A program made the position numbers and the translations under genes. Shown piece after piece: positions 18,248-28,430 of a stretch of 64,000 nt of DNA. The notes beneath the pieces are model-generated. The model saw nothing but the letters and a program-made list of their open reading frames with translations, was not told the DNA's origin and searched no databases. The stretch lies in the NCBI GenBank assembly GCA_965204755.1, contig OZ242011.1:3680001-3744000 (forward strand). Direction: 5' to 3'. Every line of letters begins with the position of its first letter. Position 1 is the stretch's first letter. Source of the DNA: Candidatus Marinacidobacterium sp. GTDB lineage: Bacteria; Acidobacteriota; Vicinamibacteria; Marinacidobacterales; Marinacidobacteraceae.

Positions 18248-19585
18248 CTACGGCCGGGGTCCTCCGGTTCCGAAGCCGGAGACGCCCACCTGCCGCGGGA
18301 TGTAGTGGTCGGGGTCCACGGTGCGGTGGAAGACGATCCGCCCGTTGCTCATCACGAACATCGGTTCGTGGGTCGCGTAGATGTCTTCGAGCGGGTTCCC
18401 GTCCACGGCGACCAGGTCCGCTTCCAGCCCGGGCTCGATCGCCCCGGTGCGGTCGCGGATGCCGTACACCTCGGCGGAGCGGACCGTGGCCGACTGCAGC
18501 GCCTGCAGGGGCGTCATGCCCATCTCCACGAAGTGGGTCATCTCCCGGTAGATCCGGTTGTTGGTGCGCGGTCCGTACTGGGTGTCGGTCGAGGTCAGGA
18601 TGGTGACGCCGAGTTCGAGCGCCCGGGCGAAGGCCTTTTCCAGGTAGTGGAGCAGGTGGGCGCCGCGCTGGAAACTGGCGGAACTGTCGTAGTCGTCGTG
18701 CGGGAGGAGGAAGCCCACCACCGAGGTGTAGGTGGGGAGCCAGGCGGTCCCCCGCTCCACCATCATCCGGAGTCCCTCCTCGTCCACATAGGAGCCGTGT
18801 TCGATCGTGGCGCAGCCGGCCACGATGGCGTTCCGCACCACTTCCCGGCCGTGGGCGTGGCAGGCGACCTTCACCCCCAGCGCGTCCGCCTCCTCCACGA
18901 TGGCGGTGAGTTCGTCCACGCCGTACACCATCATCTTGGGGTCGGGCCCGTTCGGGCCGGAAGTCGTGCCGCCGGACCGGGTCTTGATCCAGCGCGCGCC
19001 CCGGTCCACATCGACCCTCACGACTTCGCGCACCGCCTCGACGCCGCGGACTTCCCGGTGCAGGTAGGGGTAGAGACGCGGGTCGGCGAGCGCGGACTGG
19101 CCCAGGTTCGGCAGGACATAGACGCCGGCGGCGAAGATCTCCGGCCCGGCGAGGTAGCCCTTCTCCACCAGGTCGTTCATCCGGACATCGAGGAAACTCC
19201 CGACCGCGGCGCTCTTCATGGTCGTGACCCCGGATTCGAGCGCCCGCTGCATGCCGTCGAGCGTTCGTCCGTGCCAGTGCCCGTCCATGAGTCCGGGAAG
19301 CAGGTGCCGGCCGCCGAGGTCGAGGACATGCGCGTCCTCCGGCGCCGGGCCGGCGCCGACGGAGACGATCCGGCCGGCCTCCACCACGACGACCGCGTCG
19401 TCCAGGACGCTGCCGTCCTCGACATCCACCACCGAGGTGTTCACGAGCGCCACGCGGGGCTGCGGGAGGATTCCGTCCTCGCCCGGCAGGTAGGGGACGG
19501 TCGGCTGGGCGAGAGCCGGGGCCGCGAACAGGGAGAGGAGGGCGGCGACGGGGCCGCGATTCGCGGGGAAGGAGAAGGAGCGCAT
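18248..19585 (-). CDS. Metal-dependent amidohydrolase (Xaa-Pro dipeptidase-like), secreted
   Basis: LLPGLMDGHWH, CHAHG, IEHG, TD, GAIEPGLEADLVAVDGNPLED; SD GGAGG upstream of ATG 19585. Confidence 0.88.
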   Translation of the reverse strand: MRSFSFPANRGPVAALLSLFAAPALAQPTVPYLPGEDGILPQPRVALVNTSVVDVEDGSVLDDAVVVVEAGRIVSVGAGPAPEDAHVLDLGGRHLLPGLMDGHWHGRTLDGMQRALESGVTTMKSAAVGSFLDVRMNDLVEKGYLAGPEIFAAGVYVLPNLGQSALADPRLYPYLHREVRGVEAVREVVRVDVDRGARWIKTRSGGTTSGPNGPDPKMMVYGVDELTAIVEEADALGVKVACHAHGREVVRNAIVAGCATIEHGSYVDEEGLRMMVERGTAWLPTYTSVVGFLLPHDDYDSSASFQRGAHLLHYLEKAFARALELGVTILTSTDTQYGPRTNNRIYREMTHFVEMGMTPLQALQSATVRSAEVYGIRDRTGAIEPGLEADLVAVDGNPLEDIYATHEPMFVMSNGRIVFHRTVDPDHYIPRQVGVSGFGTGGPRP

Positions 19586-19685
19586 GGGGAGTCCTCCGAG
19601 CGGGGAAGGGAAGACTTCCATCGTACGCGCCGCCGGGCGCGTGGGCCGCGCGGCCGGCAGCGCGCCCCCCGGCGCGGGGGACCGA

Positions 19686-20990
19686 CTACAGGAGGGCGAA
19701 CTTCAGCGCGAAGACCACCGCCACCAGATAGACCGCGCCCGGGCACTCGCGGGCCCGTCCGGCGGCGATCTTCGCGCCGGCGTAGGTGAGGAACCCGATC
19801 CCGATGCCGTCCGCGACGGAGAAACTCAGCGGCATGGCGATGGCCGTGGCGACCGCCGGCGCCGCCTCGGTGGCGTCGTCCCAACTCAGTTCGCCGAAAC
19901 TCCGGGCCATGAGCGTCGCCACGAAGAGGAGGGCCGCGGCGGTGGCGTACGGCGGGATGCTCTCGGCGAGCGGCGCGAAGACGAGACAGAGGACGAAGCC
20001 GGCCGCCACCACCAGCGCGGTGAGTCCGGTGCGGCCGCCGCTCTCCACGCCGGCGGCGCTTTCGATGTAACTCGTGGTGGAGGAAGTGCCCGCGAGGGCG
20101 CCGAACGCGGTGGCGCCGGAGTCGGCGAGCAGCGCCCTCCGGAGCCGGGGGAGGCGTCCGTCCGCGCCGAGCATCCCGGCGCGGGTGGTGATCGCCACCA
20201 GCGTCCCCGCGGTGTCGAAGACATCGACCAGCAGGAGCGCCAGGATGACGGAAACCATCGAGAGCGTCAGCGCGCCGGCGAGGTCGAGTTGGAGCAGGAC
20301 CGGCGCCGGGGAAGGGGGGGCGGAGAGCACTCCGGCGAGCGGAGCGCCGCCGAACAGCCAGCCGGCGGCGGAGACCGCCAGGATGCCGAGGATGATCGCG
20401 CCGGGAACCTTCCGCGCCGTGAGCGCGGCGATGGCGACGAATCCGACCAGCGCCGCCACCGGGCCGAAGGCGGTGAAGTCACCGAAGGACACCAGCGTGG
20501 CCTCGTTGTTTTGCACGATGCCGGCGTTCCTGAGCGCGATGAACGCCAGGAAGAGCCCGATGCCGGCGGACATCCCGAGTTTCAGGTCGCGGGGAATGGC
20601 GTTGATCAACCACTCGCGGACCGGCAGCACGCTCAGCAGGATGAAGAGGACCCCCGACCAGAAGACCGCGCCCAGCGCGACCCGCCAGTCGACGGCCATG
20701 CCGAGCACCACGGTGAACGCGAAAAAGGCGTTTTGGCCCATGCCCGGGGCGAGGGCCACCGGATAGTTGGCGAGCAGGCCCATCGCCGCCGTGCCGACCG
20801 CCGCCGCCAGGCAGGTGGCGACGAAGACCGCGCCGAAGTCCATGCCGGTCTCGGAGAGGATTCCCGGGTTCACGACCACGATGTACGCCATCGCCAGGAA
20901 GGTGGTCAGGCCGGCGGTGACTTCGCGCCGCGGCGTCGAACCGCTCGCCCGGACGCCGAAGCGCCGCTCCATGAAGTTCTGCTCTGCCAT
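19686..20990 (-). CDS. NCS2/AzgA-family purine permease
   Basis: REVTAGLTTFLAMAYIVVVNP, APGMGQNAFF, DVFDTAGTL, TSYIESAAG..GGRTGLT. Confidence 0.93.
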   Translation of the reverse strand: MAEQNFMERRFGVRASGSTPRREVTAGLTTFLAMAYIVVVNPGILSETGMDFGAVFVATCLAAAVGTAAMGLLANYPVALAPGMGQNAFFAFTVVLGMAVDWRVALGAVFWSGVLFILLSVLPVREWLINAIPRDLKLGMSAGIGLFLAFIALRNAGIVQNNEATLVSFGDFTAFGPVAALVGFVAIAALTARKVPGAIILGILAVSAAGWLFGGAPLAGVLSAPPSPAPVLLQLDLAGALTLSMVSVILALLLVDVFDTAGTLVAITTRAGMLGADGRLPRLRRALLADSGATAFGALAGTSSTTSYIESAAGVESGGRTGLTALVVAAGFVLCLVFAPLAESIPPYATAAALLFVATLMARSFGELSWDDATEAAPAVATAIAMPLSFSVADGIGIGFLTYAGAKIAAGRARECPGAVYLVAVVFALKFALL

Positions 20991-21310
20991 CAGCGAATCG
21001 CGGCGGTTCGACGGGGTTTTCGGGGAGGCTTCCGCGCCGCGTGGTCGTCGGTGACGCCTCGTCCGGAGCCTCTCCGGAACCCCCCGCTACGGGCCGCGCC
21101 TTTCCCGGCGGCGATGGTATCCGAAAGCCGCCCCTTCGGACGGCCGCGTGACGCGAACCCCGCACCCGTCCGGGCCCGCTTTTCGGGCCGGCCAGCCGGC
21201 GGAGTCAGCCCGCCGAGTCAGCCGGTCGGGCGCGCGGGGAAACCCGGCCGGGGGCTCACACTGCCGAGGCGGCGGCAGTACCCTTCGGCCTCGGTCGAGG
21301 AGGCTCGCCC

Positions 21311-22597
21311 ATGATGCATCGAAGGTCGTTTCTCGCAGCGGCGGGGGGCGCTCTCTCCGCGGTTTCCGCCGACGCCGGGGAGCGCCTCGAGCGGGCGGTC
21401 GCCCGGCTCGGCGCCCGTCCTCCCCAAGAGGCCGCCCGGGACGAAGACTTCTGGTTCCGGGTGCGGGAGGCGTTCACCATCGACCGGAACCACATCAACC
21501 TGAACAGCGGCAGCGTGAGCCCGGCGCCGCTCCCGGTGCAGCGCGCCATGCGCCAGTACTGGGAGATCACGAACATGGGGCCCTCGCTCTATGTGGACGA
21601 ACTCCTGGGGCCGCGGCTCGAAGTCGCGCGGAGGCGGCTGGCCTCGGTGTTCGGCTGCGGGACGGACGAGTTGGCGTTCACCAGGAACGCCAGCGAGGCG
21701 ATGGAGATCCTGCAATTCGGGCTGCCGCTCTCCGCCGGGGACGAGGTGCTGACCACGACCCAGGACTACCCGCGGATGCTCATGACCTTCCGGCAGCGCG
21801 AACGCCGCGACGGCATCGTCCTGCGGCAGGTCCCCTATCCGACGCCGCCGGAGGACCTCTCCGAACTCACCGGGATCATCGAGCGGGCCATCACGCCGCG
21901 CACCCGGGTGCTCCTGATCTGCCACACCACCTACACCACCGGGCAGATCTTCCCGGTGGGGGAAATCTGCCGGATGGCGCGCCGCCGGGGCGTGGAGACG
22001 ATCGTGGACGGCGCCCACGGCTTCGCGCACTTCCCCTTCACCCGCGACGAACTCGACTGCGACTACTACGGGACCAGCCTCCACAAGTGGCTGTTCGCTC
22101 CGGTGGGGACCGGCTTCCTCTATGTGCGCAAGGAGAAGATCCCGGGCGTCTGGCCGCTGATGAGCGCCCCGGAGAGCCAGGCCGGGGACATCCGCAAGTT
22201 CGAGCAGATCGGGACCCACCCGGTCGCCCTGCGGGGGCCGATCACCGAAGCGGTCACCTTCCACGAGGGGCTCGGGCCCGAGCGGAAGGCGGCGCGCCTG
22301 GTGTACCTGCGACAGAGGTGGTCGGAGCGGGTGAAGGAACTGCCGGGAGTGACCGTGCTCAACCCGCCGGACCCGGGACAGGCCTGCGGGATCGGCGCGA
22401 TGCGCATCGAGGGGGTGGACTCGGGCGGCCTGACCGACTTCCTGGAGCGGAAGTACCGGGTGCATGTGCGGCCCCGGTTCGTCGCCGGGGAGTTCGACTG
22501 CATCCGGGTCTCGCCGAGCGTGTTCACCACCCTCGAAGAAGTGGACCTGTTCGCGGCCGGGATCGAGGACGCCGCCCGGAACGGGATCGCGGGGTGA
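21311..22597 (+). CDS. Class V PLP aminotransferase (isopenicillin N epimerase-like) with Tat signal
   Basis: RRSFL Tat motif; DGAHGF; PLP-lysine motif SLHKWLFAP. Confidence 0.88.
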   Translation: MMHRRSFLAAAGGALSAVSADAGERLERAVARLGARPPQEAARDEDFWFRVREAFTIDRNHINLNSGSVSPAPLPVQRAMRQYWEITNMGPSLYVDELLGPRLEVARRRLASVFGCGTDELAFTRNASEAMEILQFGLPLSAGDEVLTTTQDYPRMLMTFRQRERRDGIVLRQVPYPTPPEDLSELTGIIERAITPRTRVLLICHTTYTTGQIFPVGEICRMARRRGVETIVDGAHGFAHFPFTRDELDCDYYGTSLHKWLFAPVGTGFLYVRKEKIPGVWPLMSAPESQAGDIRKFEQIGTHPVALRGPITEAVTFHEGLGPERKAARLVYLRQRWSERVKELPGVTVLNPPDPGQACGIGAMRIEGVDSGGLTDFLERKYRVHVRPRFVAGEFDCIRVSPSVFTTLEEVDLFAAGIEDAARNGIAG

Positions 22598-23907
22598 GCG
22601 GGGCGGCGCGGGACGGCGGGAAGCCGCCGGCCGCCGGCAGCGGCCGCGCGGGGGCGGCCGGACACCGGGGTGGGGCGCGGGCGGACCTCGGGCGACGGGA
22701 CTTCCTGAAGGGCGCCGCGGCGGCGCTCCCGGCCGCCGCTGCGGCCTGCGGGGGCGCGGCGGGGCGCCCGGACTCCGAATCGGCGTCCGCGGGGCGGGAA
22801 GCCGCCGCTCCGCGGACCGCCCTGACGGCGGGGGTCAGTCTCTGGGGGCAGGACCTCGGGCTCGGGGAACTCTTCCGGCCGGGGCCGGCCGGGCGCACCG
22901 AGGTCGAGGCGTACATCGCCCGGTGCGCGGAGCACGGGGTCTCGCGGGTGTTCGCTCCCGGGGCGTCCGCGGAACTCGTGGAGGCCGGCGCGGCGGCCGG
23001 CGTCGAGGTGCACCCGTACAAGGCGGTGGCCTCGCACGGCGGCATCCGGATGTATCCGGCTTGGTCGGCGAATTTCATGGTCCCGAGGTTCGGGACGCCG
23101 GAGGGCCGGGCAATCCTCGACGCCCACCGGCCGATCTGGAGCCATCCGCGGCGCGTGCCGAGCGTGAGCGATTTCCTGCGGGAGCACCCGGAGCATCGGC
23201 ACCGGAACCGGACGCTCGCCGAGGAGTTGGAACCTTGGGACAAGTTGTTCCTGAGCCCGGGTCTCCCGGAGGGCCGCCGCCACGAGGCGGAGGCGTTCGC
23301 CTCGCTCCTGCGGTCGAGCGGCGCCCGGGGCATCGAAGCCGAGTTCGTCTCCATCAACGAGGACGAGGACGGAGTGTCCGTGGACGGCTACGAGGACTCT
23401 ATCGCCGGAGCGTTCCGAGAAGAGACGGGACGCGATCCCTTCACGATCGGGAACGGGGACCCGGAGTGGGTGCGGTTCCGCGCCGACCGCTGGACGGCGA
23501 TGCTCGCGGAGATCGCGGCGGCGGTCCGGGCCGAGCGGCCGAACGCCGTCTTCAGCGCCACCGTCATCAACCGGGAGGCCGACGGCTACCGGAAGGCGAT
23601 GCAGGACTGGGAGTCCTGGGTGGAGCAGGGGATCGTGGACGAGATGCACCTGTGGTTCCGGTCCACCACGGACCTCCCGACGATCGCCCGGCACTGCCGC
23701 CACCTGGCGGCGACCGTCGCCGGGCGGGTTCCGGTGGTCGCCGAGTTCTCCTGCTACCACCCCGGCAGTTTGCAGACCGCCGAGGCGATGACCGCCGCCG
23801 CGGAAGCGGCGCGGGAGGCCGGGGTGGACGGTCTCGGCATCTACCGCAGCCACGCGGTGGAACAACTCGGCTTCTGGCCGATTCTCGCCCGGATGGCGGA
23901 GATGTGA
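22594..23907 (+). CDS. Tat lipoprotein, probable GHL10/DUF187-like TIM-barrel hydrolase
   Basis: GTGA overlap; RRDFLK...AAAC; FREETGRDP, WVRFRAD, QDWESWVEQGIVD resemble GHL10 proteins. Confidence 0.6.
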   Translation: MSGAARDGGKPPAAGSGRAGAAGHRGGARADLGRRDFLKGAAAALPAAAAACGGAAGRPDSESASAGREAAAPRTALTAGVSLWGQDLGLGELFRPGPAGRTEVEAYIARCAEHGVSRVFAPGASAELVEAGAAAGVEVHPYKAVASHGGIRMYPAWSANFMVPRFGTPEGRAILDAHRPIWSHPRRVPSVSDFLREHPEHRHRNRTLAEELEPWDKLFLSPGLPEGRRHEAEAFASLLRSSGARGIEAEFVSINEDEDGVSVDGYEDSIAGAFREETGRDPFTIGNGDPEWVRFRADRWTAMLAEIAAAVRAERPNAVFSATVINREADGYRKAMQDWESWVEQGIVDEMHLWFRSTTDLPTIARHCRHLAATVAGRVPVVAEFSCYHPGSLQTAEAMTAAAEAAREAGVDGLGIYRSHAVEQLGFWPILARMAEM

Positions 23908-23941
23908 GCCATCGCGGGCGCCGCTGCGCTAATCTGAGACG

Positions 23942-24409
23942 GTGAGCGGATCGGGAGTCGCCGGCATCGGCCTCGCGGCCGTGCTCGCCCTCGGCCCGGG
24001 CGCGGCGGCGGTCTGTTCGCTGCTTTGCGACGAGGGCGCGCCGGCCGAGGCGGATCCCGCCGCGCGTCCGGCGTCCGGTTCCGGGCATCACCACGACAGC
24101 GCTCCGGCTGCGCCCCCGGCAGGGCAGAAAGCCGGGCAGGAAGGCGAGCAGAAAGCCGGGCAGGAAGGCGCCGTTGCGAGCGCTCCCGGCGGCTGCTGCG
24201 AGCATCCGGCCGCGTCGGCGCCCGCCTCCCGGGTCGCGGCGCGCGCCGCCGCGTCGGGAGCGCGCGGGGATCGAGCCTCCGCGGGAAGCCCGGTTCCGCT
24301 CGGCCGGGTTCGCGCCGAGGAGTGTCTCCCGGCGCGCTTCGCCTCTGCCGGCGGGGGCGGCGACCCCCCGCCGACCGCCCGCTCTGCGCCCGTCGTCCTG
24401 AGACTCTAG
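23942..24409 (+). CDS. Small His/Cys-rich protein upstream of cop genes (DUF2946/CopL-like)
   Basis: TAATCT 6 nt upstream of GTG; CxxxC, HHH, CC-EH, C-terminal PP...VLRL; internal 24-nt duplication at 24124-24170. Confidence 0.5.
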   Translation: MSGSGVAGIGLAAVLALGPGAAAVCSLLCDEGAPAEADPAARPASGSGHHHDSAPAAPPAGQKAGQEGEQKAGQEGAVASAPGGCCEHPAASAPASRVAARAAASGARGDRASAGSPVPLGRVRAEECLPARFASAGGGGDPPPTARSAPVVLRL

Positions 24410-24554
24410 GCCCCTCCTGCCCGCGCCCCTGCGCGGCGCTCCTCCCCCGAGCAGGGGGGGGGCGGCGGCCCGAGGGCGCGCTCCCTCGATGGCTTCGGCC
24501 CCCCGAGGCCGGCGGCTCGGCGCGAGGCGCCCCGCCTCCGGCAGGAGACTCTCC

Positions 24555-26414
24555 ATGGACTCGTCCCGCCCCCCGGCGGCTTCCTCCGCGTCAACCGCCT
24601 CCCTCTTCCGCCCCACCCGGCGGCAATTCGTCACCGGCCTCGCCGGCGCCGGCGCGCTGGCCCTCGGCGGCCGAACCGGCGCCGCGCCGCTTCACGGGCC
24701 GCGGGCCGGCTCCCCGGACAACGGGATGTCGCCGCCCGAACTCACCGGGACCTCGTTCGACCTGACCATCGGCGAGACCCCCGTGAACCTGACCGGCGCC
24801 CCGCGCCGCGCCCTCACCGTGAACGGTTCGCTCCCGGCGCCGACGCTGCGCCTCCGGGAAGGGGACACGGTGACGCTCCGGGTGCGGAACACCCTGGACG
24901 AGATGACCTCGATCCACTGGCACGGCATCCTGTTGCCCGCGAACCAGGACGGGGTGCCCGGCCTCAGTTTCGACGGGATCCCCCCCGGAGCGACCCACGC
25001 CTTCCGGTTCCGCCTCAGGCAGTCCGGCACCTACTGGTACCACAGCCATTCGGCGTTCCAGGAGCAGCGCGGCGTGTACGGCGCGCTCGTCGTCGAGCCG
25101 CGCGACGGGCGGACGCCGTCCTACGACCGGGACCAGGTCCTCGTGCTGTCGGACTGGACGGACGAGGACCCGCAGCGGGTGTTCTCCAAACTCCGGAAGA
25201 TGTCCCACTACTACAACCGGAACCAGCCGACGCTCGGCGACCTGGTCGGGGAGGTTCGCCGGGACGGGTGGCGGGAGGCGGTGTCCGAGCGGCTCGCCTG
25301 GGCGGCGATGCGGATGAACCGCGCCGACATCGCCGATGTGACCGGCGAGACCTACACCTTCCTGCTGAACGGGCGGCCGCCCGCGGCGAACTGGACCGGC
25401 CTCTTCCGGCCCGGGGAACGGATCCGCCTGCGGATCGTGAACGCAGCCGCCATGACCCACTTCGACTTCCGGATCCCGGGGCTGCCGCTCACCGTGACCG
25501 GCTCGGACGGACAGCCGGTGCATCCGGTCACCGTGGACGAGTTCCGGATCGCTCCCGGCGAGACCTTCGACGCCATCGTCCGGCCAACCGGGCAGGACGC
25601 TTTCGCGCTCTTCGCCCAGGCGATCGACCGGAGCGGCTACGCCGCCGGCGGGCTCGCGGTTCGGCCGGGGCTCAGAGCCCCGGTTCCGGCGCTCGACCTG
25701 CCGCCGCTCCTGACCATGGGCGACATGGGACACGGCGACCATGGAGGGCACGGTGACCATGGAGGGCACGGCGACCATCGGGGCCACGGGGACCACGCCG
25801 CCCGGCCGGCGGCCCCGGCGGCGATGCCGGAGCACGCCGGGCACGGCGGAGGGCGCGGGACCGGCCGCGGCGGTTCCTCGGCCGTCCCCATCGTCCACCC
25901 GGCCAGCGAGCGGGGGAATCCGTTGGTGGACATGCAGATCGAGGCGGCGAGCGCCCGACTCGACGATCCCGGCGTAGGACTCCGGGACACGGGCCGGCGG
26001 CCGCTGACCTACGCCGACCTGCGCTCGGCCTTCGCCGACCCGGACGGGCGGGAACCCGGCCGCGAGATCGAGTTCCACCTCACCGGCCACATGGAGCGCT
26101 ATTCCTGGTCGTTCGACGGCATCCCGTTTTCCGGGGCGGACCCGGTGCGGCTCGGCTACGGCGAGCGGCTGCGCTTCGTGCTGGTCAACGACACCATGAT
26201 GACCCACCCGGTCCACCTCCACGGGATGTGGAGCGACCTCGAGGACGAACTCGGCGGTTTCCATCTCCGGAAACACACCGTGGACCTGCCTCCGGGGACC
26301 CGCCGGACCCTCCGGGTTCGCGCCGACGCGCTGGGCCGTTGGGCCTTCCACTGCCACCTGCTGTTCCACATGGCGGCGGGGATGTTCCGGGAAGTCCGGG
26401 TGGAGGAATCATGA
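24555..26414 (+). CDS. copA: Copper-resistance multicopper oxidase CopA
   Basis: SD AGGAG; Tat TRRQFV; HWHG, YWYHSH, HPVHLHG and HCHLLFHM copper ligands; His-rich linker. Confidence 0.95.
   Translation: MDSSRPPAASSASTASLFRPTRRQFVTGLAGAGALALGGRTGAAPLHGPRAGSPDNGMSPPELTGTSFDLTIGETPVNLTGAPRRALTVNGSLPAPTLRLREGDTVTLRVRNTLDEMTSIHWHGILLPANQDGVPGLSFDGIPPGATHAFRFRLRQSGTYWYHSHSAFQEQRGVYGALVVEPRDGRTPSYDRDQVLVLSDWTDEDPQRVFSKLRKMSHYYNRNQPTLGDLVGEVRRDGWREAVSERLAWAAMRMNRADIADVTGETYTFLLNGRPPAANWTGLFRPGERIRLRIVNAAAMTHFDFRIPGLPLTVTGSDGQPVHPVTVDEFRIAPGETFDAIVRPTGQDAFALFAQAIDRSGYAAGGLAVRPGLRAPVPALDLPPLLTMGDMGHGDHGGHGDHGGHGDHRGHGDHAARPAAPAAMPEHAGHGGGRGTGRGGSSAVPIVHPASERGNPLVDMQIEAASARLDDPGVGLRDTGRRPLTYADLRSAFADPDGREPGREIEFHLTGHMERYSWSFDGIPFSGADPVRLGYGERLRFVLVNDTMMTHPVHLHGMWSDLEDELGGFHLRKHTVDLPPGTRRTLRVRADALGRWAFHCHLLFHMAAGMFREVRVEES
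25731..25796 (+). repeat. 18-nt tandem repeat encoding HGDHGG in CopA
   Basis: cacggcgaccatggaggg-like unit, about 3.7 copies. Confidence 0.85.
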
Positions 26415-27229
26415 ACCGGCTCCCCCGGGCCGTCTGCGGCGGTCTGCTCTGGTTCGCCGCCGCGGGAGCGGACGCCGCGCAGCCGCCCGGCCACCGGCGC
26501 CACCCGCCTCACGGCGAAGGGGGCGGCGAGTCGGCTTCCCCGGACCGGGGCGCCGCCGAGCCGTCGGCCGCGCCGATCACGCCGATTCCGCCGCTCACCG
26601 ACGAGGACCGCGCGGCGGCGTTTCCTCCGGTGACCCCCCGGAAGGCGGCGGACGCCCGGATCGACTCGTTGGTGCTGCTGGAGCGGATCGAATGGGAGGA
26701 GGGCGGCCTGCGGGTGGAGTCGAAGGGTTGGGTGGGCGCCGTCCGGGACCGGCTGCGTTTCCGCGCCGAAGGCCGGGTCGGGGAGGGCGGCCTCCGCGAG
26801 ACCTCGGCCGGCCTCTTCTACGGACGCGCGGTAACCCCGTTCTGGGACCTGGTCGGCGGGCTCGAACTCGATTCCTTCTCCGGCGGCGACACCCGGCTGG
26901 CCCTCGGGGTCTCGGGGCTCGCGCCGTACCGCTTCGAAGTCGAGGCCCTGGCCCTCGTGGGGCCCGGCGGCCGGGCCGGGGTCCACCTCGAGACCGAGTA
27001 CTCGCTGCTCCTCACGAATCGGCTGATCCTCCAGCCGGTCCTGGAATTCGAAGCGGAGCGCGGCGGGGAAGGCCCGCCGGCGGCCGCCGAACTGGAGGGA
27101 GGGTTGCGTCTGCGCTACGAGGTCCGCCGGGAGTTCGCCCCCTACGCGGGAATCGTCTGGAAACGGCGGTTCGGGGACGGCGAACCGGGCGCTGCCCGCC
27201 TCACCTTCGGCGCGCGAGTGTGGTTCTGA
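26411..27229 (+). CDS. copB: Copper-resistance outer-membrane protein CopB
   Basis: ATGA overlap with copA; GLAPYRFEV, LLTNRLILQP, GLRLRYEVRREFAPYAG, terminal WF. Confidence 0.92.
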   Translation: MNRLPRAVCGGLLWFAAAGADAAQPPGHRRHPPHGEGGGESASPDRGAAEPSAAPITPIPPLTDEDRAAAFPPVTPRKAADARIDSLVLLERIEWEEGGLRVESKGWVGAVRDRLRFRAEGRVGEGGLRETSAGLFYGRAVTPFWDLVGGLELDSFSGGDTRLALGVSGLAPYRFEVEALALVGPGGRAGVHLETEYSLLLTNRLILQPVLEFEAERGGEGPPAAAELEGGLRLRYEVRREFAPYAGIVWKRRFGDGEPGAARLTFGARVWF

Positions 27230-28430
27230 TCGGCCCGAGGGCGAAGAGGGTTCCGTCCTGGGCGCCGAAGACGATCCGGTCGCCGGTCACCGCCGGGGAA
27301 CTCATGATCGGGGCCCCGGCGTGGAACTCGGAGACCTTCTCGCCGGTCTCGAGGTCGAGGACATAGAGGCGGCCGTCGGCGTTCCCCGCATAGACGAAGC
27401 CCCCGGCGACCGCCGGGGAAGCGTCGAACCGGGCGCGGGCGCGGAAGGTCCACGCCGCCTCGCCGGTGCGGCGGTCGAGGGCGTGGACCAACTTGTCGCG
27501 CCCGGCAACCACGACCAGTCGGCCGGCGAGCGCGGCCGAGGCGTAGAAGGGAAAATGGCGATCCGGGTGGCGGTACCGCCATCGGAGCGCGCCGGTTCCG
27601 GCCTCCACGGCCAACACTTCGTTGTCGAAGGTGCCGTAGAAGAGGGCCGTTTCCCCGAGGGCCGGCGAGGCCGCGGTGTAGGCGCCGGAGTCGAAGCGGC
27701 GCGCCTCGGTCCCGTCGGAAATCCGGATGGCGCGCAGGACGGCGTCGCAGCCGGTGACCCAGGCGAGTCCGTTCCGAACGGCCGCGGTGGCGTGGACCGG
27801 GCCCTCGGTCTCCACCGACCAGAGCAGCGCGCCGGACTCCCGGTCGAGGGCGTAGAACCGCTCGTCGTAACTCCCGACCAGCACGCGGTCGCCGACGACC
27901 ACCGGCGAAGCCTTGATCTCGGCGCCGGTGGCGTAGGTCCAGCGGGGGAGGCCGCTCTCCGCGTCCACCGCGTGGAGCGTTCCCAGCAGGTCGCCCACGA
28001 AGACGACGCCGTCCGCGACCGCGGGCGAGGACTCGCCGAACCGGTCGTCCTCGAAGTCCGCCGCGCCTCCGCCGCCGGAGCCCGCAGCAGGACTCGCATT
28101 GTCCGTCCGGCCCGGTTCGTAGCGCCAAGCCTCCTCTCCCCCGGCCAAGTCGAGTTTCACCAGCAGGCCGGGAAGGGAGGTGGCGTATACGAACCCCCCC
28201 GCGATCGCCGGCGATCCCTCGACCGAGAAGCCGAGCGGACGGCTCCAGACCGGCTCGAGGTCCGCTCCCGGCCCGGCGGGCGCCGCGCCGCTCAGAGCGG
28301 CGTCGCGCCGGAACTGGGGCCAACCGGGATCTTCGGACTCCGGTTCCGCGCCGCCGAGGCCGGCGGAGACGAGGAGTCCGGCGCCGGCCCGGACGGCGAA
28401 CCGGATGCCCCGGCGGGCGATGGGCGTCAT
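27201..28430 (-). CDS. PQQ/BamB-like beta-propeller protein
   Basis: Signal peptide; WPQFRR; repeated SPAV...VF.G...ALD..TG...W blades. Confidence 0.85.
   Translation of the reverse strand: MTPIARRGIRFAVRAGAGLLVSAGLGGAEPESEDPGWPQFRRDAALSGAAPAGPGADLEPVWSRPLGFSVEGSPAIAGGFVYATSLPGLLVKLDLAGGEEAWRYEPGRTDNASPAAGSGGGGAADFEDDRFGESSPAVADGVVFVGDLLGTLHAVDAESGLPRWTYATGAEIKASPVVVGDRVLVGSYDERFYALDRESGALLWSVETEGPVHATAAVRNGLAWVTGCDAVLRAIRISDGTEARRFDSGAYTAASPALGETALFYGTFDNEVLAVEAGTGALRWRYRHPDRHFPFYASAALAGRLVVVAGRDKLVHALDRRTGEAAWTFRARARFDASPAVAGGFVYAGNADGRLYVLDLETGEKVSEFHAGAPIMSSPAVTGDRIVFGAQDGTLFALGPIRTTLARRR

Noticed and set aside
20991-21120. Purine or ykkC-type riboswitch upstream of the NCS2 permease
   Set aside because: Only a hairpin (TCCGGAG-AGG-CTCCGGA) is evident; conserved aptamer cores were not recognisable by eye.
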